From Tricharina praecox (taxonomy: Eukaryota), in contig NW_026250408.1 in assembly GCF_024521635.1 (NCBI RefSeq), positions 558,001-622,000 on the forward strand: a stretch of 64,000 bases of DNA, read 5' to 3'. The position numbers were made by a program, and so were the translations under genes. The notes beneath the pieces were generated by a model. The model made no database searches, was not told where the DNA came from, and saw only the letters and a list, made by a program, of their open reading frames with translations. Below, in pieces: positions 1-12,647 of the stretch (its first letter is position 1; each line of letters opens with the position of its first letter).

Positions 1-461
1 ACGTCGCCGACATCGAAGGCGGCTTGGACGAAGATCTCTTTGCCGCGTTCATGCACCAGCTCTCGGAGCAGACCTGTATCACCTACCTCTCCGGCGTGTA
101 CAACAAAGGCGCCAAATTCCGGATCGGCGAGGCGGTCTCTCAGATCCGTGCCGACGTGGCGCTAGCCTACCGTTTCTTTACGGAGTTCATCGATTCGGGC
201 GAGGTCCGCAGCGTGTGGACGGTGCTGGAACAGTTCCTGGCAATGATCTCGACGGAAAAGGACGCGCTCCCGGAGCGGTACGAGGACTTTAAGACTGCGT
301 ACTGGGACCTCCCGCTGAGCTGGGTCGAGGCGGTCGTCAAGTGCCGCGAGGACAAGACTAGGGACATGCTCGAGGGCGTCAAGTCTAGGAATGTCTACAC
401 CCCTAGAGGACAGGAGCCCACTATCATGTCGAGGTATGCTAGGTTGCTCACTGCTTCCTGA
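1..461 (+). CDS. SEC6: 3' end of exocyst subunit Sec6 (partial, starts before the window)
   Basis: ORF 24..461 reads ...YWDLPLSWVEAVVKCREDK...EPTIMSR, which resembles the fungal Sec6 C-terminus. A possible terminal intron donor (GTATGC at 434) makes the last residues uncertain. Confidence 0.7.
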   Translation, partial: VADIEGGLDEDLFAAFMHQLSEQTCITYLSGVYNKGAKFRIGEAVSQIRADVALAYRFFTEFIDSGEVRSVWTVLEQFLAMISTEKDALPERYEDFKTAYWDLPLSWVEAVVKCREDKTRDMLEGVKSRNVYTPRGQEPTIMSRYARLLTAS

Positions 462-540
462 GTGGGCTGTGGTCACTGACGAGTTGCGTGTGCGTGTGTG
501 TATGTGTGTGTGTATGTGTGTGCAACACACACTCAATTGA

Positions 541-764
541 TCGTGTGTTCGTGTGTTCGTGTGTTCGTGTGTTCGTGTGTTCGTGTGTTCGTGTGTTCGT
601 GTGTTCGTGTGTTCGTGTGTTCGTGTGTTCGTGTGTTCGTGTGTTCGTGTGTTCGTGTGTTCGTGTGTTCGTGTGTTCGTGTGTTCGTGTGTTCGTGTGT
701 TCGTGTGTTCGTGTGTTCGTGTGTTCGTGTGTTCGTGTGTTCGTGTGTTCGTGTGTTCGTGTGT
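541..764. repeat. perfect 8-bp tandem repeat (TCGTGTGT)x28, preceded by a (GT)n tract from about 486
   Basis: Directly visible in the sequence; it explains the spurious VFVCSCVR ORFs. Confidence 0.97.
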
Positions 765-1268
765 GGTTGTTTGGCTGGCGATGAATAGTGGTTGTGCGAG
801 ATGTAGCGATGTAGCGATGTTATCTATACAGCGATGCTTATCTTTGGTTTTTATTTCTAGCGTTTGCCCGTCCGTCCGTTATAGTCTGGATCTGGAGGGG
901 GAGCAATACCTACCGTACGTACTACAGCGCTGTTTTACGGGTGTGAACAGCCAGACAGGTGGTGAAGAATTACGAGTGGAATTATGCATACTGGTACGGG
1001 GAGCACTAGCATAATCACCATCCATCACAGGACGAAACGTAAAGATTTGTCTAGAGAAGTTCCTCCTATCATAAAATATAAAACAAGCAGGTACTCGGTA
1101 GAAGAAAAGGTCAAGTCAAGTCACGCAAGCAGAAAGAAAAGAAAAAAAGATGATGTAACTCAGAACACCGACCCATTGACGAAAACGCAAAGCAAATCCA
1201 GCAAAAAAAGAAACCCCTCAACCGCGGGAAGAAAGAAAAAAGAAGAAAAAAAGTAAACTCTATATCCT

Positions 1269-2974
1269 TTAAAAGTTGAATTCGAACCCGCCACCACCAC
1301 GACCAAAGGGACTTCCGCCACCTCCATGCTGCTGTCTAAACATGAACTGCTGCTGACCGCCGAATCCACCTCCGAACGGGCTGCCACCCTGCGCGAACGG
1401 GTTATGTCCCTCCTGGCTATTAGGATCATCGCCATTATCGAAGCGGGCGCGGAGCTCAGGGTTATTGAGGACCTCGTGGGCCTCGTTGATGGCGCTCATC
1501 TTCGTCTGGATCTCTTCGGGCGTCATGGTGCCGCGGTACTTGTCCGGGTGGTATTGCTTGGTGAGCTTGCGGTACGCCTTCTTGATCTCGCGCTCGGAGG
1601 CGTCGCGTGATACGCCCAGGACTTTGTAGTAGTCCTTGGTCTTGGACCGCCGCAGGAGGGTGTGTGCGTCTTGTAGCTTCTTCTGGATCCGACGGTCGTT
1701 GCTAGCTCCCTCTATCTCTTCTTTCGCTTTCTCGAGAAGTCGGATTGCCTCGTCAAACTTGTCTTCCTTTATTAACCGTGTAGCTTTGGACACCGTTGCT
1801 ACGATGGATTGCGGGTTAATTCGAAGAGTTTCTTCGCAGTATGGCTGCGCCTTTTCGGGTTTACCCATCTACAGTTTGGTCAGTACTAGTAGGCAAAAAA
1901 AAACGAAGCCAGCAAGACAACAACATACCTCAGTGAAGTCTTCGCAAACCATCTCCTGGAGATCTCCGAGCAATGTCTGAGGGCATTTTTCGTTGATGAT
2001 GCCTTCCTTCTTGAGATCTGCAACGTCTTCCTTGATATCGTCTATGACTCCGGTTTCATCGGCCACACCCAGCAAGACCTTGTTGGCAGTATTCCACTGC
2101 CGCTTCTCCCGTACGTCCTTTGCCATGTTCACCGCCTTTCCATGGTTCTTTATCCGGCGCAGCAGCTTGCTGCACGGCTTCGAGTCGGGATCGGAGTGTA
2201 AACATTTGCGGAGCTGGGCAGTCGACCGGTCAAAGTCGTGCATGGTGAAATACAGCAGGTTTGCGATCTGCAAATGGGGTGAGATATCAGACGGACTGAG
2301 CTGCGCGAAGTGTCTACACCACCACCACCGTCAGCACCCGCATCCTACCGGCAACAAGGGTAGAGGTCAACCCACGTTAGATCTCCCACAGCTTCCAACA
2401 CATCCCCCTTGTGCATCCGACACCTGGCGCGCAAGCTCCTGAGGCCTGGCGTAGCCTGCGCGATCATGATAGCGGTACCGGCCTTCTCCACACAAGTATC
2501 CCAGTCCTTCTTCCCCTCCGCTGCGTACGCTTCCGCAGCCGCCGTCTTCGCCTCCTCGATCTCCAGGATCTCAGTAGCATACTTAGCCGTGCCGGCCTTC
2601 TGATAATCCTCCGCGGCAGCCGTCCAATCGCCGGCCTTCGACTTCAGCCTCGCGCGCTGGAGGAGCGCGGCCTCAAAGTCCGGCTTGATCTCCAGCACGG
2701 CATCGAAGTCTGCGGACGCGGCGGTGGAGCGGCCGAGCGAGAGGTACGTCGCGCCACGCTTGAACAGCGTCAGGTAGTTGGTGGGGTCCTTCTTGATCGC
2801 GGCGGCGAAGTGGTCCAGCGCGCTCTGCTTGTCGCCCGATTGCAGCAGTGCGTCCGCGCTGGCGATCAAAGAGCTCACCGGAAGGTCGTAGTCGGGCTCG
2901 CCACCCAAGACGGGGGATAGCACGCTGCAGAGAAGACCCGCCGAGAGAACGAACTTCGCGCTGAGGAGGATCAT
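1269..2974 (-). CDS. ER co-chaperone with TPR repeats and C-terminal J-domain (DNAJC3/P58IPK/Jem1 family); exons 2974-2376, 2313-1929, 1868-1269
   Basis: Signal peptide MILLSAKFVLSAGLLCSVL, TPR-like helices, J-domain KDYYKVLGV...HPDK and a G/F-rich tail. GT-AG introns at 2314-2375 and 1869-1928 restore the frame. Confidence 0.92.
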
Positions 2975-3567
2975 GCTGAAGCGAGTGGTGGTGGGGGAAG
3001 GCGTAAGATGGCGGGGTGCGTAGCCTGCGTCAAGCCAATCGTATGAGGTGGCGAGGTATGCGCAGAGTGGATATCTGTCGAGAAGGTTGAATGCTAGAGT
3101 AGATAGAGCAGGAAGTTTATTTCCACGCCGTCCGTTTCCTTGTGCGGGGTATATGGAAGGAGAAGTTTGTTTGGAAAAAAGAGTGACTTGTCAGAGTGAA
3201 GGGAATGAGAGTGACCGTTCGCGCTGAGCCGACACGGGGGAGTGTAATTGTTTTATGGCTGAGTTCTCGAGATGGACCAGAGTGGCCTTTCCATACAGCT
3301 CCAACAGACTATTCCCCTTACGGACGACACCGTCTATCGGGCTGATGTTAGCGTGGCGTGGCACGTTGCAAGGCGCGCCGATACTATTATATGTGGCGCT
3401 GTGGCGGGGGCGGTTAGCGGGCCGTACATAGAGTGCACCTTCCACGGCTAAAGCCCGGGACCCGGATAGCTAGACGACAAGGTTCGTTCGTGATCACGTT
3501 TCCCCCACACACACACTGAGCTTCATCCGCAACCTTAATCCTCGACGAGCACACCTTCGCACGCACG

Positions 3568-4549
3568 ATGACAGACTTCGACTCGATCTGGTCGCCCGCG
3601 AAAGTCTTCTCCCCCACGGTCGCCAAGCAAGCCAGCCTGCTCCTCAAAGACTGGGCGTACGTGGACCAATTCCTGACGACGCGTTTCGCGCCCGCCGCGG
3701 TGCCCAAATTCGAGCGCAACCCGGACACGCTGAAAGCTCTGCTCGCGCTCGCCGCGGCCAACGAGTCCGCCGACGAGGAGAAAACCCTCGAGCGCAGGGT
3801 GAAGGAGAAGGCGCTCGCCGAGCTGAAGAAGCGCGATGCGGCTGTGGAAGCGGCGGGATTGGGGAAGGGCGAGCACATACTCGTGGGCGTCGAGGAGCAC
3901 CTCACGCCGGAGGGGCGACGGTGTCTAAACTCCGTAGCGCTGCTGAGCGTTGCGCTCGCGGGCAACAGCACCGACCCGAAGAAGTAGCCTTCCCCCTCCC
4001 CCTCCCCCTCCGCCCGAGCTTCAACGCACCCCATGTTTACCGCGCCACTAACCTCCCCCCAGGCTATCCTCCCACCTCCTCACGCTCTCCACGCAGGAAT
4101 TCTCCGTGACCACGCAAACCGCGCGCATTGACGCACTACACTCGCGACTACAAGCGGACCTGCAGACTCTCCGGGAGACGCTGCGGCACCTCGAGACAGG
4201 CGACGAATACAGACTCCCATCGGACCTCAGCACGCGAGTGACGGAGTGGACACGCACTGCACGACACCTGCGGAATAAGACGGAGGACTACAGGATCCGG
4301 CTGGAGGAGGAGGCGGCGGAGGCGCCGAGGGAGGAGCTGTTGGTCCCTGTGCTGGTCGAGCAGGAGCAGGAGGTGCTCGCGCTCAAGGAACATGTGCTTA
4401 ATCTCGAGGCCCAGGCCAAGGGATTCCAGGGATTGCCGCCGGAGAAGGATCTAGCTAGGCTCGAGGTCGAGAGAGTACAGGCTGAGTTGGAGGAGCTGGA
4501 GGCGAGGAGGGAGAGGATGTATGATGGTATGATAGGGAGCTCGAGGTAA
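3568..4549 (+). CDS. HAUS1/augmin subunit 1-like coiled-coil protein; intron 3984-4062
   Basis: DWAYVDQFL...VPKFERNPDTLKALLALAAANESADEE and C-terminal FQGLPPEKDLARLEVER resemble fungal HAUS1. An intron with a CTAAC branch point joins ORFs 3568 and 4106 in frame. Confidence 0.72.
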
Positions 4550-4846
4550 GGTGGTATACCACGAGTGCGGTTGCTTGTATTTTACACTATACCCGAGTGC
4601 GGGATGATGAGGAGCACATTAAGCTCTTCGCACGTTTCATCCCGCTCACTCGTGAAAACAGTCTATGGACAACGGGGTATGAAATTGCTACTAGGTATAG
4701 TATATCCAGGTATATGAGCAAGCAAGCAGGCAAAAAATAGAGTAAAGAAAGCACAAAAGGAATCTCAACAAATCAACAATTAACTCCAACCGAAAACCTC
4801 TACTAGTATACTCCAGTTTCCTTCTATGCTGTCAGGTAGACCAGTT

Positions 4847-6147
4847 CTATTTCTGCTTCACCTCGTTTGCACACTTCTCCTCCTGCTCGAGCTCCTGCAA
4901 GTTCTTGATGGTAGTCTCGGCGATTCCCTTCAGCGCTTCGTGGGTGAGGAAAGCTTGATGGCCACTTTGGGGATGTCAGAATACGGGTGAAAGAGCGAGT
5001 GAGAGGAGAGGGTAAGGTAACATGCCTGACGAAAACATTGTAGAAGGACAGTAGCCGGGCAAAGTTATCGTCGTGGATAATCTTTGAGCTCGAGTCCGCA
5101 AAGAAGTAGGATGCCTCCTTCTCGTACACATCCAGGCCAACAGCACCGAGGTGACCAGTCTTCAACGCGCTATATTCCGCGTTAGTACGGTTAAAAGATA
5201 CGGAGGAAGAGGAGACTTACCGAATGAGCGCATGTGTATCGATCAGCGCACCCCTCGAAGTATTGATCAAGATAGCGCCCTTCTTCGTCTTCGACAGCGT
5301 CTTATCGTTGAGCATATACCTCGTCCCCTCCGTGAGCGGACAATGCAGACTGATGATATCCGCGCGTACCAGGAGATCCTCCAGGGTGTCGACATACGAG
5401 ATGCCGTAGTCCCCCGCCTCAGGATTCGGGTAAGTATCGTAAGCGATAACGTTGCAGCCAAAGCCCTTCGCGAGGATGCGACCGGTGAGCAGCCCAATCC
5501 TGCCCGTGCCAACGATGCCGACAGTCTTGTCTTTGAGATTGAACCCCAGCAGCCCGTCGAGTAGGAAGTTCCCCTCGCGCACCCGCAGGTACGCCTTGTG
5601 GTACTTGCGCACAACCGTCATGATCATTCCGACGGCGAATTCGGCGACGGATTCGGGAGAATACGCGGGGACGTGCACCACTTTTAGGCCTAGCTCCTGC
5701 GCGGCAGAAAGGTCAACGTTGTTGTAGCCTGCGCAACGCAGCGCGATGAATTTCTACATAGGTAGGCCAGTCAGCCCGATTCCCTCCCCCAAAAGACAGC
5801 GCGAGGCAGGGAAACGTACGACTCCGTGCTCTTTCAGCTGCGACAGAACCTCCTTGTCGCACACATCGTTGACGAAGATGCACACGGCATCGTAGCCGGC
5901 GGAGAGAAGCGAGGTGTTGACGTCGAGCTTGACGTCGAGGTACTTAAACTCGATCCCGTGGGATTTGGGATCGATGCCGTCGAAGCTGTCGCTGTCGTAC
6001 TGTATGTATGTAGGTTGTCAGTTTGCTTCGATGTGGATTGGATGCACCGCTAACTAACTACATCATGCGGGGTGGTGGGGCGGGGGGGTGGAGGGGTGGA
6101 GGGGTATGGATGCGAACCTTCTTCGTGCCGAAAACCGCGACTTTCAT
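4847..6147 (-). CDS. D-lactate dehydrogenase (D-2-hydroxyacid dehydrogenase, LdhA-like), 5 exons
   Basis: The spliced product has MKVAVFGTKKYD, CIFVND, IALRCAGYNNVDL, VPAYSPESVAE, GIVGTGRIG, LHCPL, INTSRG, GLDVYEKE and NVFVSGHQAFLT, all typical LdhA-family motifs. Confidence 0.92.
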
Positions 6148-8338
6148 TGTTGCTGCGGGTGGGGATGGCGTGAGTTTATTTGTGTGTGTTCCTGAAAATT
6201 GATTGACTGCCGGTGAGGGTCTGAGATGGAGATGTATGCAAGTACTTTACTCAGAGGAAAGAGCGTTCCTTTTGAAGGGATGGCATTTCGACCTAGTTGC
6301 GACCTTTTTTTCCAAGGTGAATGAATATACAGCTCCCAAGAGCTCTAGCTGAGAACTTCTTGCACATCTGACGTCGGGCAGGACCATAGTTAGCCTGGTG
6401 GAACGATGGCTTTCAAGTCACAGCCCGCGCAGCCAGCCAGCCGTTTGTACCAAGACAGACCGGCGCCTGTGTTCACGGCGAACTGTTAGTCCGTGACACC
6501 CTTTGGGCCATGAAGAGAACGTGTATGTATGACTCAGGACTGGAATGGAGAAAAAGCAAAGGGCAAAGGCTGTAATTGTTGCCTGATGTCGGACGATAGG
6601 AAAGAAGCAAAAGTTCCTCGCTTCACTTCGAACAGTGCCATGAGAACTGTCCCTTGATACGGCATTGATGTTTGCAACGGCTGGTCGGTCGATGCGGAAG
6701 AAGCAAAAGTGATATGCATGATGATGCATCCGGCGCACAAATTATTCCGGAGTCTGACGGGTCGGAGGCTCTGATTCGTAAGGACTTACTTAGTTGGTTG
6801 CCTGTTGCGCACAGCATACAAGCGTGAAGAATCCGAGTTCACGATACGACCTCTCAACATTTTCCTGAAGTTTCCTCCCCCATGAATATAGCGCTTCGTA
6901 TTCGGGTCGATACTCGAGAGAGCTTCGAGGCGTCGGCCCGATAATGACAGAATAGTCCCTCCGACCTCGGATTCGCCCAACAGCGACAAGATATCTCCGA
7001 TTCTAGGTTTCCGAAGAATCGGTTAGCTGTGGACATATGAGTAGAACGGCTGAATCAATATGCTTACCGATTCCTGCCGTCGTTCTGCATCCTTGGTGCT
7101 ATCATATGTTTCGCAGCTCGAGCTCTGGCATGTGCATGTTGTATGATATATCACTCGTATTTCTTCACGCTCGCCATGTGGAAATGCAGCTCTCTCTGTC
7201 TGCCCGTCTTATCGCTCGCCGTGTGGAAACGCAGCTCTTTGTCCATCTTGTCGTAGCGCCGTTCATAGATGTCCTCAAATTCGCAGCCCGACTGCACACA
7301 CAAACACCGATCGTGAACGATAGCGAAACAGTTGTGAAGAGACGGAAACAAGAGCACCCGGCCGCCGAGAGAATCCATTGAAGTGGATGACTAAGTGGGC
7401 TATGTAGCACGATTAGCGCCTCAACTAGGGACAGGAAACGTCGGTACTTCGTCACAGATCGTCGACGCGGATAGGTGACCCCTGTCACAGGCGTGCTACC
7501 TGCAAATCCTCAAGCAAGCAAGCAAGTTCATGCAGCGGGCAGGCACAAGTATGTAGATAGATAGCAGGCAGCAGGCAGCAGGAAGGATTTCGGAAATCCA
7601 TGTGAAGAACGATTCCTCCACGATTACCGCACTCTACTCAGAACGAAGGCCGGGTAGAGGATAGGTAGCGAGAGAACTTCGCCAAGTGTCATATGACACC
7701 ATTAAGGCGAGTGAGCAGAGCAGGTACCTGGCTGTACAAATAGCTTGCTGAGTACGGGGGAGCGGTACCTATGGAGGTAAGCACCGTATGCGCCTAGCGA
7801 ACGCCTGCCTCGACCAGCTGCCTGCCAACCCGCGGCCCTGTGATAGCCCAGTCATACGGAAAGCCCCACCGAGCTCCATACACACTACGTACCCCATCGC
7901 TCTTCCCACCATCCAACGTGAGCGAGTGGCTTATCTATCGCGCTCCCTGCTTGTACATACAACGAAAAGCGTTTGTGCGAAATTGAAATATTCACCTCTC
8001 ATCGGGAATTCCATTGCTGGGACCGAAGCTTCACGTTGCAACAAGCTGCTGCTTTCAACTCTGACCCCGCCCCCAACTCAAGCTTCGATAGCCCCCCGCC
8101 CCTCCCATCCCCGGACACACGCCACTGGTATCAAGTAACCATCCCCGTACCTTACATCCATCCACGCCCCGCGATCAACACACCCCATCCATCCGTCCAC
8201 TACCACTCACCGACTACGCGCAACCCGAGGCGCCGAGATCCCCACGGCCTTATATCCCTCCTCCCCCTTCCCTCCCGCTCTATATCCCACATCTTCCCTG
8301 ATAGCTTCGACATCACCCCGAACCCTAATCAACTCACC

Positions 8339-11300
8339 ATGCCTTCCGACGACGAACGAACACCCATCCACCGCATAGGCCGCAAGTTTTCCCGCAAACG
8401 ACAGAGCTCCGGTGGGGCAGTCACCCAGAGCATGCTGCTCCCCAGCCGCCCAAACTTCTCCGAGAGCGAAGACCAAGCGGATGTGTGCGCGCCCGGCAAA
8501 AACGTTCCCGTCAACATGAACCAGAGCTTTTTCCAGCTGCTTACCGGCGTCACGTCGAACATGCGGATGAGCTCGAGGTTCGACGAGGACTCGGACGAGG
8601 ATTCCGACGACGACGATGTGCCGCCCGGAGGTGTTGTTGTGGACAAAGGGAAAGCGAAAGCTACGGAGCGGAAACCGTGGGTGCCGTCGTTCAGCAGACT
8701 ACATTCCATCGAGGAATCCGGGGGAGCCGCTTCGGATGTCGAGGCGGGCCAGGACGATGTTTCAGAATCCTCGTCGAAACTGGGACCTGCACCGTTCATG
8801 AGCCAGATGTTGGAAGCTCAGGCGCAGATGAACACTGCCGATTTTGGTGCTGCGGCACAACTCTCCGAGGCTGAGATGTTCGGTAGCGGTAGCGAGATCC
8901 TATTTAAGGGCGAAAAATCGTCGGAGCTGGCGAAGAAGTTGAAGGAGATCTTTGATCTCCCGCAATTGGAACAGGTTGTTTCAGGTAAGGCTACGCAGAC
9001 GCGTCGGCCGGTTGGTTATGAGACTGTTCTGACGTCCAATCTAGAATACCCATGTTGGTTACTGAAGAGCGTACTGCTACAGGGCTACATGTACATCACG
9101 ACACAACACATATGCTTCTATGCGTACTTGCCCAAGAAAACCGTTTGCTCTCTCCTTGAAATAGTGTCCTCTGGCAAATGCTAAGAATTATTCCAGAACG
9201 TTGCCACGAAATCCGGCTATCTCTCGAAACGTGGCAAGTCGACGGTCAAATCTACGCGCTATTGGTTCATCCTGAAGGGTGATGTATTATCCTACTTTGC
9301 CGACCCGTCGGAGCTGTACTTTCCGAACGGACACATCGACCTTCGGTATGGCATACAGGCAACTCTTGCAGACAATCGGGATCCCACAGTCTTCACAGTC
9401 ACTACCGATCAACGCAAATACTACCTCAAGGCGGATTCCGCACCCAGCGCAAAGGAATGGGTCAAATGCCTCCAGAAGGTCATCTTCCGCTCGCACAATG
9501 AAGGCGACAGCGTCAAGATATCGATTCCGGTGGCCAATGTTATGGGAGTCGAGGAGAGTCCGGTGTTGGAATTTGCAGATACAATCAAGCTGAGTGTTGT
9601 CGACAATGACGACACGTATGCAATGGATGAAGTAAGGCACTCTCGGCATGTGATATGCTGTTCTTGCTGTGGCTGATCGCTCCCTCTAGTATTTCTTTTC
9701 ATTCTTTAGTTTCGGCAACGACGCTCTGAAAGTGTTGCAACAAGTTGTTGAAGGTTCCGTTGCGTCGAAGCTACCCGACAGTTTAGTGGATCGCTCCATG
9801 CTGTCCATCGCATCTTCCGATACAACTTCGGTCCGTAGAGAGGCTGTTCGGGCAACATTAGCCCCCATATCTCCAGCTGGGAGTGCTAGAGCCAGCCCAA
9901 GGCACAGTGGCGAATATTCTCGGACTAGTTTCGACGGGGTGAGACACAGCACAGATCTCACTCGGGAGAGTTTAAAGCTTGGAAATGCCCCCCAGCGGCA
10001 TAGCATAGACTCGAAGAGACAGTCTTCCCACAGAAGGGTCCTCTCGAGCGAGTCGCAGCCAACTGATTTCTCCTTCGGGGGCGAATCTTCGGATGTACGG
10101 CTGTCATTCGACGAGGACGACAGCCCCTCGGCCAGCAATATTCTCAGCCGTAGCGATCTCTTCAAATCTCCGACCATGAGTTCCAAGGGCAAGTCAAAGA
10201 AGGGGAAGTCACATAGGAGGGATACATCGCCTGATGCGACAATACGGGTCCATCCTCCTTCGAGAAGACACACGGCAGACAGCCGCCACAAAATGTCACC
10301 CAATGACTCTGACTCTCAGCTTGGTGGCGCCTCGAGCTCATCCAAGCTTCAAGACATTGCGAAGACCGGCGTATATCCACTGCAACGTGCTGCTGGATGG
10401 GCCGATTGGATGAAGCGGCGGTCCAAGAAAATGACCACCCTCATTGCCGCCCAGCCGATGGGATATCTCGAAAAAGTGTCGGACATGTGGACCGGCGGCA
10501 AACGGCACTACAAGGAGCCTATGGGAATGATGCCGAACGAGAAGGTGGACGGTAGTGATGATGACGGCGATGAGACGGATGCTTTGGAGCACGGCGAGCG
10601 ATTCCGGACCAGGTTTGCGTTGCCGGATTCGGAGAGATTAACAGCGGTCTACTTCGGATATCTTCACCGAGTCTTGCCATTGTATGGCAAGATCTATCTC
10701 AGCAACCGCAACTTTTGTTTCCGCAGCATGGTGCCTGGCATGAAAACCAAGATGGTTTTGCCTCTCAAGGACATCGAGAATGTTGATAAGGAGAAGGGGT
10801 TCAGATTTGGATATTCCGGTCTCGTCATCACTATTAGAGGCCACGAGGAACTCTTCTTCGAGTTTGGTCAGGCGGATACCAGAGACGATGCTCATATTAC
10901 TCTGATGCAAAACATTGACGATATCCGGCACCTCGCCGAGAGCGGTTTCCTAAGCAGGGAAGAGAAGCAAGGTGCCGAGGCCGCAAAGAAGGAACATCAA
11001 ATGCTCCAGGATGCCCGACATGAAGAGGGCGGAGGTCATGATCTTCGCCTACCGACAGCTACCGACGACAGCTGTATCGTGGAGGCGCCGCCGATCGTTT
11101 TTGATGATCCTTATGGATCTATCCTTAACTTCAAGCCGACAGAGCCAATGACCATCACCTGCTTGACCATTGGTAGCCGTGGAGATGTGCAGCCCTTTAT
11201 TGCCCTTTGTCTGGGATTGATGAAAGACGGGCACACTACACGAATTGCCACTCATTCCGAGTTTGGACCTTGGATTGAAAGCTTTGGTATCCAGTTTGCG

Positions 11301-12647
11301 CCCGTTGAAGGAGATCCTGCCGAGCTCATGCAGCTCTGTGTGGAGTACGGCATGTTCACGGTCGAGTTTCTCAAAGTAACAACATCTCGGGTATGCCGTT
11401 GATCCCTCGTTAAAACTACGAAGGCTCCCAGCTGATAAATAACGATAGATGCGAGGTTGGTTAGACGGTCTCCTGGAATCCTCATGGCATGCATGTCAAG
11501 GATCGGATCTCCTGATTGAGAGTCCTAGCGCCATGGGAGGAATCCATATCGCCGAGGCTCTCGGGATTCCATACTTCCGCGCGTTCACCATGCCTTGGAC
11601 AAGGACCCGTGCCTATCCCCACGCCTTCGCGGTGCCGGAACACAAGATGGGCGGCGCCTATAATTACTTCACTTATGTTATCATCGATAACGTGTTTTGG
11701 AAGTCAACAGCCGGCCAGATCAACAGATGGAGAAAGCGGCTGCTTAATCTCCCGCGCACGAGTCTAGACAAGCTCCAGATCAACAAAGTTCCCTTCCTGT
11801 ACAACTTCAGCCCATCGGTCGTTATCCCCCCGCTAGACTACAGCGACTGGATCCGTGTGACAGGATACTGGTTCTTGGATCAGCCAACGGATTGGAAGCC
11901 GCCAAGCGAATTGCTGGCATTCATCGAGAAGGCGCGGAATGATGGCAAGAAGCTTGTATATGTCGGATTCGGCTCAGTTACTGTTGGCGATCCGGAGGCG
12001 CTCACGAAAACAGTAGTGGATTCAGTGCTCAAGGCGGATGTTCGATGCATTCTGTCCAAGGGCTGGTCCGACAGGCTCAGCAAGGCGGGCTCCACTAATC
12101 CGGAAGTCCCATTGCCTGCCGAGATCCACCAGATCAACTCGTGCCCACACGATTGGCTATTCAGGCAGATCGATGCTGCGTGCCACCACGGCGGTGCGGG
12201 AACGACAGGCGCAAGTCTCAGAGCTGGCATTCCGACAATCATCAAGCCATTCTTTGGTGACCAGTTCTTCTTTGGCAATCGCGTGGAAGACCTCGGCGTG
12301 GGCGTGTGCATCAAGAAGATGAACACCAGTGTCTTTACGAAAGCACTTTTGGAGGCTACGCATAATGAGAAGATGATTGTGAAAGCGGAGGTGTTGGGCG
12401 AGCAGATCAGAAGCGTAAGCGTTCATTCAATCCGTCCGGACATGTCGAGCGTGGCGGATGCTAACAATGAATATAGGAGAACGGTGTCGAAACCGCGGTG
12501 CAAGCTATCTATCGCGACCTCGAATACGCACGCACTTTGATCAAGACGCCGCACGTTGGCGAAGTGACGGAGGAATCCGAGGAGTCGTGGACTTTCGTGG
12601 GTGACGAGAGTGACGCAGAACATCTGAAGAAGGTGACTGGGAAGTAG
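8339..12647 (+). CDS. ATG26: sterol 3-beta-glucosyltransferase with PH/GRAM domains (Atg26/Ugt51), multi-exon
   Basis: GRAM/PH segments ([29 protein letters not shown]), glycosyltransferase motifs [32 protein letters not shown] and PFFGDQFF, and last exon [19 protein letters not shown] ending at TAG 12645-12647. Confidence 0.95.

Noticed and set aside
488..1014. ORFs encoding VFVCSCVR repeats
   Set aside because: They are translations of the 8-bp microsatellite, with no other sign of coding.
4601..4640. ATGATGA as a snoRNA C box or SECIS core
   Set aside because: There is no suitably placed CTGA D box and no GA quartet on the 3' arm; it is kept only as a generic hairpin.
4847..6147. Recent bacterial horizontal transfer of an ldhA-like gene
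   Set aside because: The gene has four spliceosomal introns and host-like codon usage, and this family is widespread in fungi.
7973..8338. In-frame upstream extension of ATG26
   Set aside because: It starts at TTG in C-rich leader sequence where stops are naturally rare, while ATG 8339 has a good context (CACCATG).
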